This document shows, piece after piece, positions 31,051 through 39,731 of a stretch of 64,000 nt of DNA. The stretch comes from a virus (lineage: Duplodnaviria > Caudoviricetes): the IMG/VR virus record IMGVR_UViG_3300008255_000098; one strand, 5' to 3'. Below the pieces are notes generated by a model. That model was given only the letters and a program-made list of their open reading frames with translations, had not been told where the DNA came from and ran no database searches. The position numbers and the translations under genes are program-made. Numbering within the stretch: the stretch's first letter is position 1; every line of letters starts with the position of its first letter.

Positions 31051-31806
31051 ATGAAGATTCAATATAAATTGATGGTCGGAATGTTTTTGTCTATATTGGC
31101 ATTTGTTATATTTTCGACAAATCAACAAAAACAAGTTATTGAAGATGTTGACAATGCACAAATTGTTCAATATAGACAACAGACAAATAGTGTTTTAGCT
31201 GATTATTCAACTAATCCTACGTCAGTCTTGCACAACAAACGTATTTTGTTAATTGGTGATTCACAAGTCGCAGGCGCACCTGGGAGAGCTTTACAAAATT
31301 ATCTTATAACAGTCGGCGCATCCTATTTTTACCGGAGTGGACATTCAGGATGGGGAGTGAGACAGTGGTATGATATTCGCTCTCAAATTGAGTTAATGGT
31401 ATTGCAATATCACGTAGACGTATTATTAATTATATTAGGTGGAAATGATTGGAGTAGAGTTAGTAGTCAAGATTATATACAACTGGTAAATCAATTTTGG
31501 AGTTATATTGTTTTGAATCTTATTGCTGAAAATAACGATATGCGTGTATGTTGGATTGGACCTCCAAGAGTAGTTGGGCCAAGAGCGGCAATTATGCAGC
31601 CAAAAAGAGACTTTGTGTCAGAAACTATAAGACAGATAGTTGGTCAGGAACATTTTATTCTGTCAAGTGATATCACCGGAAATTTTGGAAGAACTGCTGA
31701 TGGAGTTCATTTTACTTATTCTGGGGCTAACCAATGGGTATATTCAATGAATTCAAGAATTGAAACTTGCGTATCAAATCAACAAAATATGTTAGGGAAT
31801 AGATGA
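31051..31806 (+). CDS. SGNH/GDSL hydrolase with N-terminal membrane anchor
   Basis: LIGDS, GHSG, LGGND, DGVH blocks; hydrophobic N-terminus. Confidence 0.88.
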   Translation: MKIQYKLMVGMFLSILAFVIFSTNQQKQVIEDVDNAQIVQYRQQTNSVLADYSTNPTSVLHNKRILLIGDSQVAGAPGRALQNYLITVGASYFYRSGHSGWGVRQWYDIRSQIELMVLQYHVDVLLIILGGNDWSRVSSQDYIQLVNQFWSYIVLNLIAENNDMRVCWIGPPRVVGPRAAIMQPKRDFVSETIRQIVGQEHFILSSDITGNFGRTADGVHFTYSGANQWVYSMNSRIETCVSNQQNMLGNR

Positions 31807-32585
31807 ATTATAAGAAAATATTGGTACCATTAAGTTTGTTGGTTTTACCGTTATTTGAGGCAATACCAGCGAGAGCAAATGTTAATTCAGATGTTAATAA
31901 TGGAAGAAATATTGTTTCTTTTCCAATTGAGGAGCCTAACGATAGAGAAATTATGAAGGAAATAATTCTTAGGCGGCTAACTGTCTGGGTCAGACGTGAG
32001 GATAATGAACCAGTTTATGCGTGGTCTTGTAGGAATTTGAGATTTGGCTGTGAGCGACAAGTAGAAGCGTTTGTTGGATATATTTTTGATGAAGCTCGAA
32101 TACAAAAATTTGATCCTTGGCTTGTTGCAGCAATGGCATGGCATGAATCTAGATTTAATCCATTTGCGGTGTCAAACGAAAATGCTTTTGGTATTCTCCA
32201 AATGCTAAGAAGGTCTAGATGGTCTTCAGGATTACGGTTTGTTCATAATCCACAATATAGGACTCGTTGTAGAAATGAGTTGGGTTCATGTCAGCGAGAA
32301 ATTATAGAAAGATCCATATATTGGACCAGAAAAACAATATCTATCTGTGGGTCAATCCAGGGCGGACTACGAATGTATAATTCAGGTCGTTGTGACGGAC
32401 CACGTAGATATTCAAGAGCAGTTTTAGGATTACAACAAAGATTTTTAGCAGAAGCTAATGAATTTAAAGCAAACGGACATTTTGAAAATTTGACATTTCA
32501 TTATTTACCAATAACATGTTCAAATAGTTTAGCAAATAACATTTTTGCTGACAAACAATCCATTATTGTGACTACTTATCTGTGA
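31803..32585 (+). CDS. Lytic transglycosylase (SLT domain) with signal peptide
   Basis: DPWLVAAMAWHESRFNPFAVS...AFGILQM, MYNSG. Confidence 0.85.
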   Translation: MNYKKILVPLSLLVLPLFEAIPARANVNSDVNNGRNIVSFPIEEPNDREIMKEIILRRLTVWVRREDNEPVYAWSCRNLRFGCERQVEAFVGYIFDEARIQKFDPWLVAAMAWHESRFNPFAVSNENAFGILQMLRRSRWSSGLRFVHNPQYRTRCRNELGSCQREIIERSIYWTRKTISICGSIQGGLRMYNSGRCDGPRRYSRAVLGLQQRFLAEANEFKANGHFENLTFHYLPITCSNSLANNIFADKQSIIVTTYL

Positions 32586-32591
32586 GAAATT

Positions 32592-32867
32592 ATGAAAATA
32601 CCCTTTTTTAAAAACACCGCTGGTGAGCCTTCTGCATCTTTGACAATGGCTTTGATAGCATTTCTTGTTGTCACATTATGGCTATTGATATGGTTAATAG
32701 CCACTCCCCTTGGAGCCGCTATTCCAGAATTTGATGCTGGAACTGCAATGACCTATTTAATGCCAATTTTGACTTTGTATTTTGGTAGAAGATATACTGC
32801 CAAAATTAAAAATGGTGATAAAGCGGCTGAGATTAATTTAGAGGCCCCTACGCCACCAGAAACTTGA
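32592..32867 (+). CDS. Small two-TM protein, holin candidate
   Basis: Two TM segments, YFGRR, charged tail; follows the SLT gene. Confidence 0.5.
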   Translation: MKIPFFKNTAGEPSASLTMALIAFLVVTLWLLIWLIATPLGAAIPEFDAGTAMTYLMPILTLYFGRRYTAKIKNGDKAAEINLEAPTPPET

Positions 32868-33020
32868 AAAATACTTTTTAAGTTAAAAGCAGTTCACAAC
32901 GTTATATTTACAACAAAAGGAATATAAAACCCATTCATAATTTTTACATAAATAAATATAAAAACATCAAAGATAATAAATATTAAAAATCAAGATTTAG
33001 AAAACAATATTTTAAAAAAA

Positions 33021-33139
33021 CTGTCTGGTTCAGGAACTGAGTCGGACACTAAACAAAAACGGAATAAGGCGTTGCCATTAGGGTAAGTCTGCGACCTCCG
33101 AAACCCATCCCACGACTAAGTTGTAGGTGGGTAGTTCAC
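33021..33139 (+). mobile_element. IS200/IS605-type right end / TnpB omegaRNA-like scaffold, no intact tnpB (copy 1)
   Basis: CTGTCTGGTTCAGGAACTGAGTCGGACACTAAACAAAAACGGAATAAGGCGTTGCCA...GAAACCC-hairpin-GGGTAGTTCAC; nearly identical to 58572-58680. Confidence 0.7.
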
Positions 33140-33176
33140 GTGTTAGACTATTAGCTCCTAAGATGGAAAGTATAAT

Positions 33177-34052
33177 ATGGCAAATATAAAATCAGTACCA
33201 GAACTACAAAAACGCATCCGTACCTTAGTAAAAGAGGAGGTCGCTGCGGCGCTCCGAGAAGATATTAACCCTCAATTTAGGAAGGTTTATAACAAAAAAG
33301 AGTTTTCTGCCTGGCTGGTAAGACAATTTTTTTCACATAAAAGTAGAACCAAAATTTGGTATGACCCATCGGTAAATGAAACTAATGTGTTAGAAAAGAT
33401 TTCTGAACTTACACAAAAAGGAGTCTTTCCGGCTACTCCAAAAGCTTTAGTGTCTACTTGGAATATGAAGGGACAATTAAATAAAGCTATGGGTGAAATG
33501 GACCGTGAAGAAAAAACAGCAGCCAGAAAAGCAGCTAAAGCAGATTCTTCTAGTGACGAAGACAAAGTAAAATATAAAACTGGAGAAGTATCTCTGAGAG
33601 ATATTGGCCAGGAGCTTGGTGGAGTCACCCCTACCATGATAAATAAGCTTGGGGCCAAAGCTATGGAAGATTTCAAAACTTTAAATTTTGGCAAAAGACC
33701 AGAAACACTAACTCCCGCAGAAAAAAATCAACAGTTTGAACAAACAGAACAGGCGAGACATGACGCCGCTGAGGAGTTTGCAGAGTTATTGCATAACTCT
33801 GCCTCTGTAGAAGAATTCTTGGACACCCTAAAACGCAATATGGTTTTGTCTCCAATGGATCTCAAAACTATTACGCCAGAAGAACTAGATGGATTAGAAA
33901 TTCTTAAAGAAAAAGATCCTGAGCGAGCCAAGCTTATTTTGATTCAGGATATCGAAGAAGATGATAATTTATTCAAGTCGTACCAGTCTGCTGTCTATAG
34001 GAAAATTTTCCCGGCTGGTAAACGAGGAAGACCTAAAAAGGTAGTAGACTAG
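33177..34052 (+). CDS. Putative DNA-binding protein (sigma region-4-like HTH plus AT-hook)
   Basis: SLRDIGQELGGVTPTMINKLGAKAM; C-terminal KRGRPKK. Confidence 0.55.
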   Translation: MANIKSVPELQKRIRTLVKEEVAAALREDINPQFRKVYNKKEFSAWLVRQFFSHKSRTKIWYDPSVNETNVLEKISELTQKGVFPATPKALVSTWNMKGQLNKAMGEMDREEKTAARKAAKADSSSDEDKVKYKTGEVSLRDIGQELGGVTPTMINKLGAKAMEDFKTLNFGKRPETLTPAEKNQQFEQTEQARHDAAEEFAELLHNSASVEEFLDTLKRNMVLSPMDLKTITPEELDGLEILKEKDPERAKLILIQDIEEDDNLFKSYQSAVYRKIFPAGKRGRPKKVVD

Positions 34053-34285
34053 TGTTCACACAGATTTCCAATAATTTGGAACTAGAGGGGTGGCAGTTGA
34101 TGCGCACCCTTCAATGTTTAAAAATATATGAGTTTGACAACATATACGACATGTCAGGATTTTCTTTAAAAATTTTGTCAATGAAGTGTTCGTCTAAAAT
34201 TGAAATATCGGTTACCCCAAATGAGTTTACTAAGATTGTTGAAGTATCCATTATTTCTGAAAATAACTGTCAAAAAAAAAGTTAA
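34052..34285 (+). CDS. Hypothetical protein
   Basis: ORF track; weak. Confidence 0.35.
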   Translation: MFTQISNNLELEGWQLMRTLQCLKIYEFDNIYDMSGFSLKILSMKCSSKIEISVTPNEFTKIVEVSIISENNCQKKS

Positions 34286-34345
34286 AAAAATTATCAAAAA
34301 TATTGAGGACATATACAATTATTACAAAAATACTAAATTAGTATA

Positions 34346-34867
34346 ATGGGTAAAAATAAAAAAGAAATTGATGGTGAAACTTATATAGTAAGTGAAGAAA
34401 TTGATTTCAACGACATTGACTTAGAAAACATGGTCGATAATAGTGAGCATGTTACAAATGTCAAAATTTCTTACTCTAATGACACTAATGACACCAATGA
34501 TAACGAAGAACTTGTTATTGACAATCCTGATTCAATTGAAGAAAGAATATGGCTTGAAGTAGTTATTGAATTTTCCTCGGAGGAAGAAAAAAACTATACC
34601 GGAATTTTGGAAACGATACATATATCAAAAGATATAACTCATTTCTATTTATTGCTTAATAGAGAGCAAGCTTGTGAAATTGTTAATAATTTTGCGAAAG
34701 ATACATTTGCTGGAAATAAAATATTCCTGAAAAAATATAAAAGTTTTTATCTTAATCAAGAGTGTGTATTACATTTAGAGGACAAATGCATTATTACTAA
34801 TTGTAGTATGCAAGATTTAGATCATAAAGATATATTTGTAAAAGTAAATTTTAGTATTATTTACTGA
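34346..34867 (+). CDS. Hypothetical acidic protein
   Basis: ORF track. Confidence 0.55.
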   Translation: MGKNKKEIDGETYIVSEEIDFNDIDLENMVDNSEHVTNVKISYSNDTNDTNDNEELVIDNPDSIEERIWLEVVIEFSSEEEKNYTGILETIHISKDITHFYLLLNREQACEIVNNFAKDTFAGNKIFLKKYKSFYLNQECVLHLEDKCIITNCSMQDLDHKDIFVKVNFSIIY

Positions 34868-34900
34868 TGTTGGTTCCTAATTATACACAAGGATTTTATA

Positions 34901-35413
34901 ATGACTAAAAAGACTAGCCCAAGAAAAGAACACGACCTTGTTAAAGAACGTCGTTCCAGATATATTAAAAATTTGATTGAAGAAGCGATTGTTAATGTTA
35001 TAGCTGAACAAGAAAATCAGTTACAGGCAACACAACCGGAAGCATTGCCTCCTCCCGTGGCTACTCCGCAAAATCAAGCGCAGAAAACCGTTCAGGCGGA
35101 ACAAAATTTTTCTGTAGATGATTTGATAGAAGCACTTAATGTTGTTCGAGGTGGTAGGTCATTTTCAGACCCTGAAGTTTACGGAAAGCTTGTTACTTTT
35201 TTCAAGAATACTTCTGACGAACAACGTGTTGTTCTAGAGAATTTATTGACACAAATAGCAGGTTTGGTTACAGGAATCGAAGAAAAAGAAGAAGAAGAGG
35301 GGAAACAAGGTCCGAGTGGGCAACCAACTTCACAAGACGGAGCCCCACAACAATCAGCGCCAATGCCTGGCGCACAAACAGCGGTCGGCGCCGCAGGAGT
35401 AGGCGCTGCCTAG
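34901..35413 (+). CDS. Hypothetical protein (possible virion protein)
   Basis: IKNLIEEAI leader; Q/P/A-rich tail. Confidence 0.6.
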   Translation: MTKKTSPRKEHDLVKERRSRYIKNLIEEAIVNVIAEQENQLQATQPEALPPPVATPQNQAQKTVQAEQNFSVDDLIEALNVVRGGRSFSDPEVYGKLVTFFKNTSDEQRVVLENLLTQIAGLVTGIEEKEEEEGKQGPSGQPTSQDGAPQQSAPMPGAQTAVGAAGVGAA

Positions 35414-35752
35414 GTGAATAAAATTAGTAAATTGCTGGCTAATCAAAAATTTTTGATCGTTATAGCAGTTCTATTAGTTGTGTTCAATATTGTCGATGCT
35501 GGAGTTTCATATTGGGCAATTTGTGTAGTAAAAATTGCACGTGAGGCTAACCCATTTATGAGAAGCTTATTGGAAACTTCCCCAATTTTATTCTTTGTAA
35601 CCAAAATTACTTTTTCTTCTTTTGCGGCAGTGTTTCTTTATCGCCTCAGAAAAAACAGTTTTGCCACGATTGGATTATTTGCGAGTTTTTTGGGATATTT
35701 CGCTTTAGTCATATTTTTGCTCACAGAAGTTGTAATTTTCGTAAACATATGA
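35414..35752 (+). CDS. Membrane protein, DUF5658-like
   Basis: NIVDAGVSY...REANPFM; three TM segments. Confidence 0.65.
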   Translation: MNKISKLLANQKFLIVIAVLLVVFNIVDAGVSYWAICVVKIAREANPFMRSLLETSPILFFVTKITFSSFAAVFLYRLRKNSFATIGLFASFLGYFALVIFLLTEVVIFVNI

Positions 35753-35818
35753 AATCATTAGAATTTTTATTAGGTTCACATGTTTGGGTATGTGTGCTAG
35801 TATAAAGTATAGGTCAAA

Positions 35819-36091
35819 ATGACAGAACTTAAACGAAAAACAGAAATGCGTAGATTTAGACTAAAGCGTATTGAAGACGAATCAGGAGTGTCAGGTACGG
35901 GATACGTATCCGAAGGAATTAAATTTTCTAATGGAAATTGTGTAATTACCTGGCTCACAGATACAAGTAGTATGGGAATATATCACAGTACTGTTGAATT
36001 ATTACATATACACGGACATTCTGGACGTACGATTATCGAGTGGATAGATAATGAAAATGCTACTGGTTCTGGGACAGTATTAGATAATTAA
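35819..36091 (+). CDS. Hypothetical phage protein
   Basis: RRFRLKRIEDESGVSGTG...HGHSGRT. Confidence 0.65.
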   Translation: MTELKRKTEMRRFRLKRIEDESGVSGTGYVSEGIKFSNGNCVITWLTDTSSMGIYHSTVELLHIHGHSGRTIIEWIDNENATGSGTVLDN

Positions 36092-36123
36092 AAAAATAGA
36101 TTACTCGATTAGTAAAAAAGAAG

Positions 36124-36152
36124 TTTACAACATACTTAGGATCTGCTATACT
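36124..36152 (+). promoter_or_regulatory. Sigma70-like promoter at the head of the tRNA array
   Basis: TTTACA-N17-TATACT with extended -10 TG, about 30 nt upstream of tRNA-Glu. Confidence 0.65.
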
Positions 36153-36184
36153 GATTTAACAAACTACTTTTTATAGTTATTTTT

Positions 36185-36259
36185 GGCCCTATAGTTTAAT
36201 GGTAGAACAGCCGCCTCTCAAGTGGCTAACGGAGGGTTCAATTCCCCCTAGGGTCACCA
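36185..36259 (+). tRNA. tRNA-Glu(CTC)
   Basis: Cloverleaf; anticodon loop CT-CTC-AA; CCA encoded. Confidence 0.9.
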
Positions 36260-36274
36260 AAATAGTAAAATTTG

Positions 36275-36418
36275 TCACAACTCTTTTAGAGGTTGTGAGT
36301 CAATGTTCTCTGAAAACAGAATACGTCTTTATTAGTTTGTCTGTACTAACACCAGTAAACAGACAACTGTAAAGGCGAGTTAGCGTTTGTAAATCATTCA
36401 GTTTACCACGCTCTCGCT
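36275..36418 (+). ncRNA. Candidate structured RNA (four hairpins) between tRNA-Glu and tRNA-Phe
   Basis: TCACAAC/GTTGTGA, TTGTCTGT/ACAGACAA, GCGAG..AGCGT/ACGCT.CTCGC stems. Confidence 0.45.
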
Positions 36419-36425
36419 AATACTT

Positions 36426-36501
36426 GCCAACTAAGCTAATCTGGTGAAAGCACTCGGTTGAAGCCCGAGGTAGCCCGGATCAAAACCGGGAGTTGGTACC
36501 A
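36426..36501 (+). tRNA. tRNA-Phe(GAA)
   Basis: Cloverleaf; TT-GAA-GC loop; T-loop ATCAAAA; CCA. Confidence 0.9.
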
Positions 36502-36595
36502 AATCCAAAATAATAGAATAATAGAATAATAGAATTACCATTCTATAGACCGTCAGGCAGGAATTTTTTTCCTTCTATGAAGGACATAAAATAAT

Positions 36596-36723
36596 AATAC
36601 CGCCAGTTCTTGGCGGTTACATGTGTGGAGCTATAAATAAGACTTCTTCTTTACAAAAGAAGAAGCACAAAGTAGTGAAACCCGAAGCCTAACCCACCGC
36701 CCTAGCGTGGGTGAGTAGTTCAC
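36596..36723 (+). mobile_element. IS605-type TnpB omegaRNA-like scaffold / right end (copy 2, different subfamily)
   Basis: TACCGCCA..TGGCGGTTACATGTGTGGAG..TAAGAC..hairpin..GAAACCCGAAGCC..ACCCAC/GTGGGT..GTAGTTCAC. Confidence 0.65.
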
Positions 36724-36795
36724 AGGTTATTGGTGTAATGCGTAGCACAATGGATTCCAAACCCATTAGTTAGAGTTCGAGTCTCTAGTAGCCTG
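36724..36795 (+). tRNA. tRNA-Trp(CCA)
   Basis: Cloverleaf; TT-CCA-AA loop; followed by CTA rather than CCA. Confidence 0.88.
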
Positions 36796-36865
36796 CTAAT
36801 AATGATAAAAGGTGGGAAACATCTGTCTGGCCAATAATATTGATTGGCTATAGGCCATATATTTT

Positions 36866-36940
36866 AGGATCATAGCATAATCTGGCTAGTGCTCTCCCCT
36901 GTCACGGGAGAATGTGTGGATTCGAATTCCACTGGTCCTG
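36866..36940 (+). tRNA. tRNA-Asp(GTC)
   Basis: CT-GTC-AC loop; followed by CTA. Confidence 0.9.
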
Positions 36941-37069
36941 CTAAATTATCAGCATGATGGAGTAACAGGCAAATTGGCCTAAAATAACATGAAAATTGAG
37001 TTCGAGACGCTTATAATGTGTGGTTTTAGCTCTCGATGATGATAATTCCCCCATTTTATGATGGGGCAT

Positions 37070-37146
37070 GGGCTTTTGGTGTAATGGACAAGCACGTCGG
37101 GCTCTTAACCCGTAAAGTCAGAGTTCGAGTCTCTGGAGGCCCACCA
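37070..37146 (+). tRNA. tRNA-Lys(CTT)
   Basis: CT-CTT-AA loop; CCA. Confidence 0.9.
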
Positions 37147-37174
37147 AATATTTTTCAAGGTTACAAGGAGTCAA

Positions 37175-37447
37175 ATGAAATATAAAGTAGAGTTTGAGGT
37201 CTCAACAGATATAAAATATTCTTCTATAGAAGAATGTATAGAGGACTTTTGGGATCTATTCATTGCAAATGGTCGTCTTACTGTTTTAGAAAATAAAATT
37301 AGATTATTAATTGATATTAAAAAAAATCTAGTTCCTCCAGTAATGCAAAAAGCTGCCAATGAAGCATACAAAAATCAAGAAAATACTTATAACAGTGTAA
37401 AAAACTTTTCTGTTTCTCCTTTAGAAGAAGAAGAAGATAATAAATAA
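37175..37447 (+). CDS. Hypothetical protein
   Basis: ORF track; AGGAG RBS. Confidence 0.6.
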   Translation: MKYKVEFEVSTDIKYSSIEECIEDFWDLFIANGRLTVLENKIRLLIDIKKNLVPPVMQKAANEAYKNQENTYNSVKNFSVSPLEEEEDNK

Positions 37448-37454
37448 ACATTTT

Positions 37455-37526
37455 GCGTCCGTAGTCTAATGGAAGGGCATCGGCCTTCTAAGCCGGGGTG
37501 TGTAGGTTCGAGTCCTACCGGACGTG
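37455..37526 (+). tRNA. tRNA-Arg(TCT)
   Basis: CT-TCT-AA loop; followed by CTA. Confidence 0.9.
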
Positions 37527-37532
37527 CTAATA

Positions 37533-37654
37533 TCATTTAGTGGTAGTTTAGTGGTAGAACACCCGCAGATAACGGCCTGATGCAAGTTTGATTCTTGCAC
37601 ATGTTGGCACTCTGGGGCTTGGAAACACATGTTTGATTCATGCTCACTAAATGA
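37533..37654 (+). ncRNA. tRNA-like RNA with a D-arm and two T-arm-like hairpins
   Basis: 10-bp closing stem TCATTTAGTG/CACTAAATGA; D-arm TAGTTTAGTGGTAGAAC; two GTTTGATTC T-loops. Confidence 0.55.
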
Positions 37655-37660
37655 ATATTT

Positions 37661-37737
37661 CCTGCTGGACGGTTCGGTGTAACCTGCCCTCTCTGATAAA
37701 GAGGGCGCACCAAGTTCAACTCTTGGCAGCAGGACCA
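37661..37737 (+). tRNA. tRNA-Ile(GAT), atypical D-arm
   Basis: CCTGCTG/CAGCAGG acceptor; CT-GAT-AA loop; CCA. Confidence 0.85.
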
Positions 37738-37766
37738 AATAAATTAATAATAGAAAATAGGATAAA

Positions 37767-38354
37767 ATGAAAGATAAAATAGAAGAAATCTGGTTTACAT
37801 CAGATACTCATTTTGGTCATACTAATATATTGAAATATTGTGATAGGCCATTCGCAAACATTGAGGAACACGATGAATATCTAATTTCTCAATGGAATAA
37901 AGCAGTAAAGCCTAACGATAATGTTTATCATTTAGGAGATTTTGCATTTGGAAACGACACGTTTATCAAAAACATCATACGTCGCCTAAATGGAAAAATA
38001 CACTTTATTACTGGTAATCATGATAAAATTATTAACTCTAACAAAACAATACAAGATTCTTTCGCAAGTTATCAACAATATTGCGAAATAAAAGTTTCTA
38101 CAAAAAACAGTAAACAGAAACAATCAATTGTAATGTTTCATTATCCGATAGAATCTTGGAACAAGTGTTATCACGGTGCTTGGCATTTACACGGGCATTG
38201 CCATGGTACTTTTCCTAGTACAAATTTCCAAGCGAGAGTTGATGTAGGAGTGGATATTTGGGAATATACACCAGTCTCATATGAACAAATTAAAAATCAT
38301 ATGAGCGGAAAAGAGTTTAAACCCATAGACCACCATGGTAAAAGAACGAAGTAA
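37767..38354 (+). CDS. Calcineurin-like metallophosphoesterase
   Basis: TSDTHFGH, HLGDFAFG, ITGNHD, MFHYP, HLHGHCH. Confidence 0.9.
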   Translation: MKDKIEEIWFTSDTHFGHTNILKYCDRPFANIEEHDEYLISQWNKAVKPNDNVYHLGDFAFGNDTFIKNIIRRLNGKIHFITGNHDKIINSNKTIQDSFASYQQYCEIKVSTKNSKQKQSIVMFHYPIESWNKCYHGAWHLHGHCHGTFPSTNFQARVDVGVDIWEYTPVSYEQIKNHMSGKEFKPIDHHGKRTK

Positions 38355-38379
38355 CCACTATGCAGCATAGACTGCGCAT

Positions 38380-38454
38380 GGGTCTCTAGCACAACGGCAG
38401 TGCAATGGCCTTTTAAGCCACAGGTTGAGGGTTCGAATCCCTCGGGACCCACCA
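38380..38454 (+). tRNA. tRNA-Lys(TTT)
   Basis: CT-TTT-AA loop; CCA. Confidence 0.9.
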
Positions 38455-38510
38455 AACACTGAAAAGATAAATAACACTGTGTTATATATTTACTGTGTAT
38501 AGGTCATTAA

Positions 38511-39125
38511 ATGAATAATTTCAAAAACATTGCTACTGCAAAGGCAACTAACGATAACAAAAAATTATATGAGGCGAGTCTTGGTAGAATTTGGCAACAT
38601 GTTGTTGAAGCAGATGAAAAATCAATTGCTATACTTACTTCATGGCGAGCAGCAAACAACAAGAAACAAAACCAAAAACAGTTTCAAGATTTAAAAGCTG
38701 CGGTGCGAGGTCTCGGTTTGGGGTTCGTCCAAATAAGAGGGCACTGGAGAGAGTGCCAAAACGACTCTGTTCCGTACGAAAATTGTCCAGAAGAAGAATT
38801 AGTAGATGCAATTGAACCATCACTGTTTATTATTGGAATAAAACAAGAACAAGCAGAGATGTTATCAAATCAATATAAACAAGATGCTTATATTTTTGCT
38901 GGACCTGAATCTAAAGGTAAAGTCGTTTTATTATTCAAAGGCGGCGAGTCAATGGAAATTGGTTCTTTCAAACCCCAAACTTTGGGACAAGCCTATTCGG
39001 AACTAATAAAATCTAAATTAGCTAGTCCAAAATATTTTAAATTTGAAGGAATAGAGTATACTGCACAAACTTGGGTAGAAACTCTAATAGAACAAGAAGT
39101 TAGAAAAACACTAGCAAATATTTAA
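38511..39125 (+). CDS. Hypothetical phage protein
   Basis: ORF track; ATATTTA motif upstream. Confidence 0.65.
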   Translation: MNNFKNIATAKATNDNKKLYEASLGRIWQHVVEADEKSIAILTSWRAANNKKQNQKQFQDLKAAVRGLGLGFVQIRGHWRECQNDSVPYENCPEEELVDAIEPSLFIIGIKQEQAEMLSNQYKQDAYIFAGPESKGKVVLLFKGGESMEIGSFKPQTLGQAYSELIKSKLASPKYFKFEGIEYTAQTWVETLIEQEVRKTLANI

Positions 39126-39134
39126 TAATTCATA

Positions 39135-39202
39135 ATTAGGGTAGCTTAAATAAAGCCTATTGTCGTATAATAGAAGTTCTAGGTCAAATCCTAGTCCTAA
39201 TT
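39135..39202 (+). ncRNA. Degenerate tRNA-like element (truncated D-loop; CGT in the anticodon position)
   Basis: ATTAGGG/TCCTAAT acceptor, CTATT/AATAG anticodon stem, CTAGG/CCTAG T-stem; no D-loop GG, no CCA. Confidence 0.5.
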
Positions 39203-39205
39203 CAT

Positions 39206-39281
39206 TCAGGGTTAGCCATCTGGTGAAAGCACTCGCCTGTTAAGCGAGTCAAGGTGAGTTCGATCCTCACACCCTGAGCCA
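39206..39281 (+). tRNA. tRNA-Asn(GTT)
   Basis: CT-GTT-AA loop; CCA. Confidence 0.92.
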
Positions 39282-39345
39282 GTATACCAATGTGTCTCTT
39301 ATAAAAGCAACAGTGCCAGTGTCACAGGTAAAATATAAATAATAT

Positions 39346-39419
39346 TCGGGGATCGTTCAATGGCAGGACCGGAGACTCTGAATCTCCTTATCTAGGTTCG
39401 AATCCTAGCCCCCGGACCA
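39346..39419 (+). tRNA. tRNA-Gln(CTG)
   Basis: CT-CTG-AA loop; CCA. Confidence 0.9.
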
Positions 39420-39468
39420 GTATTTGTTTAGTACAGCGGAAGATAAATATTTTCACTTAATGTAATAT

Positions 39469-39539
39469 TCGGGATTCGTCTAAAGGCAAGACTATAGGCT
39501 TTGAACCTATGAATGTTAGTTCGATTCTAGCATCCCGAT
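39469..39539 (+). tRNA. tRNA-Gln(TTG)
   Basis: CT-TTG-AA loop; followed by CTA. Confidence 0.9.
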
Positions 39540-39542
39540 CTA

Positions 39543-39729
39543 AAATAGCTTTGCTTTGCTTGGAATCATTTATGTAGTCCGGTCATCCGGTATGTAAACG
39601 GTTAGAAGGTTTGAGTTTGTGTTCAAATAATATTCCTTTGTTTGAAACATTCACGTGTTACGCAACTCTGTTGCGACATAAATGTCTAGAAGATTTAAAA
39701 TCTGGATTACTCTCAAAATATGTTATTTT
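39543..39729 (+). ncRNA. Candidate structured spacer RNA
   Basis: AAATAGC/GTTATTT closing stem; CCGG-TCAT-CCGG, CGCAAC/GTTGCG and AGAT/ATCT hairpins. Confidence 0.4.
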
Positions 39730-39731
39730 TA

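Noticed and set aside
36510-36536. AATAG(A)AT triplicate and the (CAA)n poly-Gln tract at 2282-2300
   Set aside because: Short low-complexity slippage repeats with no further evidence of function.
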